Of a stretch of DNA of 17,476 bases, positions 16,658-17,476 are shown one piece after another. Every line of letters begins with the position of its first letter. Position 1 is the first letter of the stretch. The notes below the pieces were generated by a model. That model searched no databases and was not told the DNA's origin. It worked only from the letters and a program-made list of their open reading frames with translations. This stretch comes from Candidatus Thorarchaeota archaeon (lineage in GTDB: Archaea > Asgardarchaeota > Thorarchaeia > Thorarchaeales > Thorarchaeaceae), in assembly GCA_048884785.1 (NCBI GenBank), contig JBHLQM010000066.1, positions 1 through 17,476 on the forward strand. The letters run 5' to 3'. Position numbers and translations under genes: made by a program.

Positions 16658-17476
16658 TCAATTTCGCCTTTTCTTTGCAACTATTGTAATTGTAATGGCG
16701 GTAATAGAAATTGAAATGCCTATAACAATTGGAACTAATGGCAAATCAGGATTTGTAGTATTTGTTGGATCAGTGTTTGAAGTTGTGGTGGTGGTGATGC
16801 CGCTCATATCTGTCCTGTTGAGTCGGTATGTGTTGGCGGATGGAACATATTCAGCTAGGTACTCCCTCGCCTTTTCAACATCCAACATTCCATATCCGGA
16901 TTTTTCGTCCCAACCTGATTCGAGAATATCTGTTGCACCCCAACACAAGGCGTCCTCAATTTGAGCGTTCATTGCCCACGGGAACTGATTCCAGAGAAGG
17001 ACTGCTGCAGCTGCGGCTATTGGTGTTGCACACGAAGACCCTCCAAAGCTGCCGTAGCTATTTGATGCCTGCATATAAGCTGGAACTCCTGTTGGTGCAA
17101 CCAAGAACAGCGGCTCTCCATAGCCTCCTTCGAGAAATGTGCCACTACTATCGAATCTACCTATTGCACGAACATATGGTAGGGATTGAGGGACATCCTT
17201 TGGATGAAGAGGACATAGGACATTATCAATCCCTGCAAAGAAGAGAGCTTCCCCGCTCTCATAAAGGTCTGAGACCTTGTCTCGAAGTTCGACTAGCTTC
17301 GCATCATCATCCTCGAGCTGATAGACAGTTGCAAGAAAACTCATGGTGAAGACCATTTTTCCAAAACTTGCTCCCCAGTCAAAGGTATCTATCAATTGTT
17401 GTATATACATCCGATAGCTGAAGACAGTATCACTTGGATAGACACTCCAAAGCCATGCACTGTATAACGGAGCGTT
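16658..17476 (-). CDS. S8 subtilisin-like serine peptidase, C-terminal part, membrane anchored (5' end outside window)
   Basis: The frame stays open to the window edge (NAPLYSAWLW...). Catalytic Ser motif GSSCATPIAAAAAVLL and GYGMLDV, then a Thr-rich linker, TM helix and KKRRN. Confidence 0.85.
   Translation of the reverse strand, partial: NAPLYSAWLWSVYPSDTVFSYRMYIQQLIDTFDWGASFGKMVFTMSFLATVYQLEDDDAKLVELRDKVSDLYESGEALFFAGIDNVLCPLHPKDVPQSLPYVRAIGRFDSSGTFLEGGYGEPLFLVAPTGVPAYMQASNSYGSFGGSSCATPIAAAAAVLLWNQFPWAMNAQIEDALCWGATDILESGWDEKSGYGMLDVEKAREYLAEYVPSANTYRLNRTDMSGITTTTTSNTDPTNTTNPDLPLVPIVIGISISITAITITIVAKKRRN

Noticed and set aside
165-17349. Many short ORFs nested in or antisense to the main genes (e.g. 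375-698, 4559-4879, 12501-12926, 16828-17349)
   Set aside because: They overlap well-supported CDSs and show no motifs. The Val-rich ones are simply the antisense of Thr-rich linkers.
1-17476. tRNA, rRNA, CRISPR, transposase, integrase or defence system
   Set aside because: No such signatures were found by eye. A covariance-model search would be needed to exclude small ncRNAs.

Overview
This is a gene-dense prokaryotic window with about 20 CDSs. I found no rRNA, tRNA, CRISPR array or mobile element. It looks archaeal, most likely Asgard (Thorarchaeia-like). That is an inference from GAGGTGA/GGTGA ribosome-binding sites, frequent TTG/GTG starts, TATA-like boxes close to start codons, Thr-rich C-terminally anchored surface enzymes and the type of winged-helix protein present. 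Genes in order: 3' end of an unknown CDS, two tandem paralogous membrane proteins with a bacterial PH (bPH_2/YdbS-like) domain, an unlisted 34-aa single-TM microprotein, a TIM-barrel isomerase/endonuclease-IV-like protein, a class II glutamine amidotransferase, a membrane protein, a NIPSNAP protein, an anchored alkaline phosphatase, a UbiE/MenG-type methyltransferase, a Gfo/Idh/MocA oxidoreductase, a small membrane protein, a flavin reductase, an anchored M1 aminopeptidase, a second small membrane protein, a VOC protein, a DUF362 Fe-S protein, a winged-helix regulator, a Zn-ribbon Nudix hydrolase, an AMP-forming acyl-CoA synthetase and the 3' part of an anchored S8 subtilase. The strongest leads are: (1) the PH+PH+microprotein operon; (2) a shared TTCTCA-N5-TGAGA palindrome upstream of both the wHTH and DUF362 genes, suggesting a mini-regulon; (3) a remodelled ferredoxin insert in DUF362; (4) a perfect 9-4-9 palindrome upstream of NIPSNAP; (5) three C-terminally anchored hydrolases. 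Most individual genes belong to known families, and novelty cannot be established without database searches.
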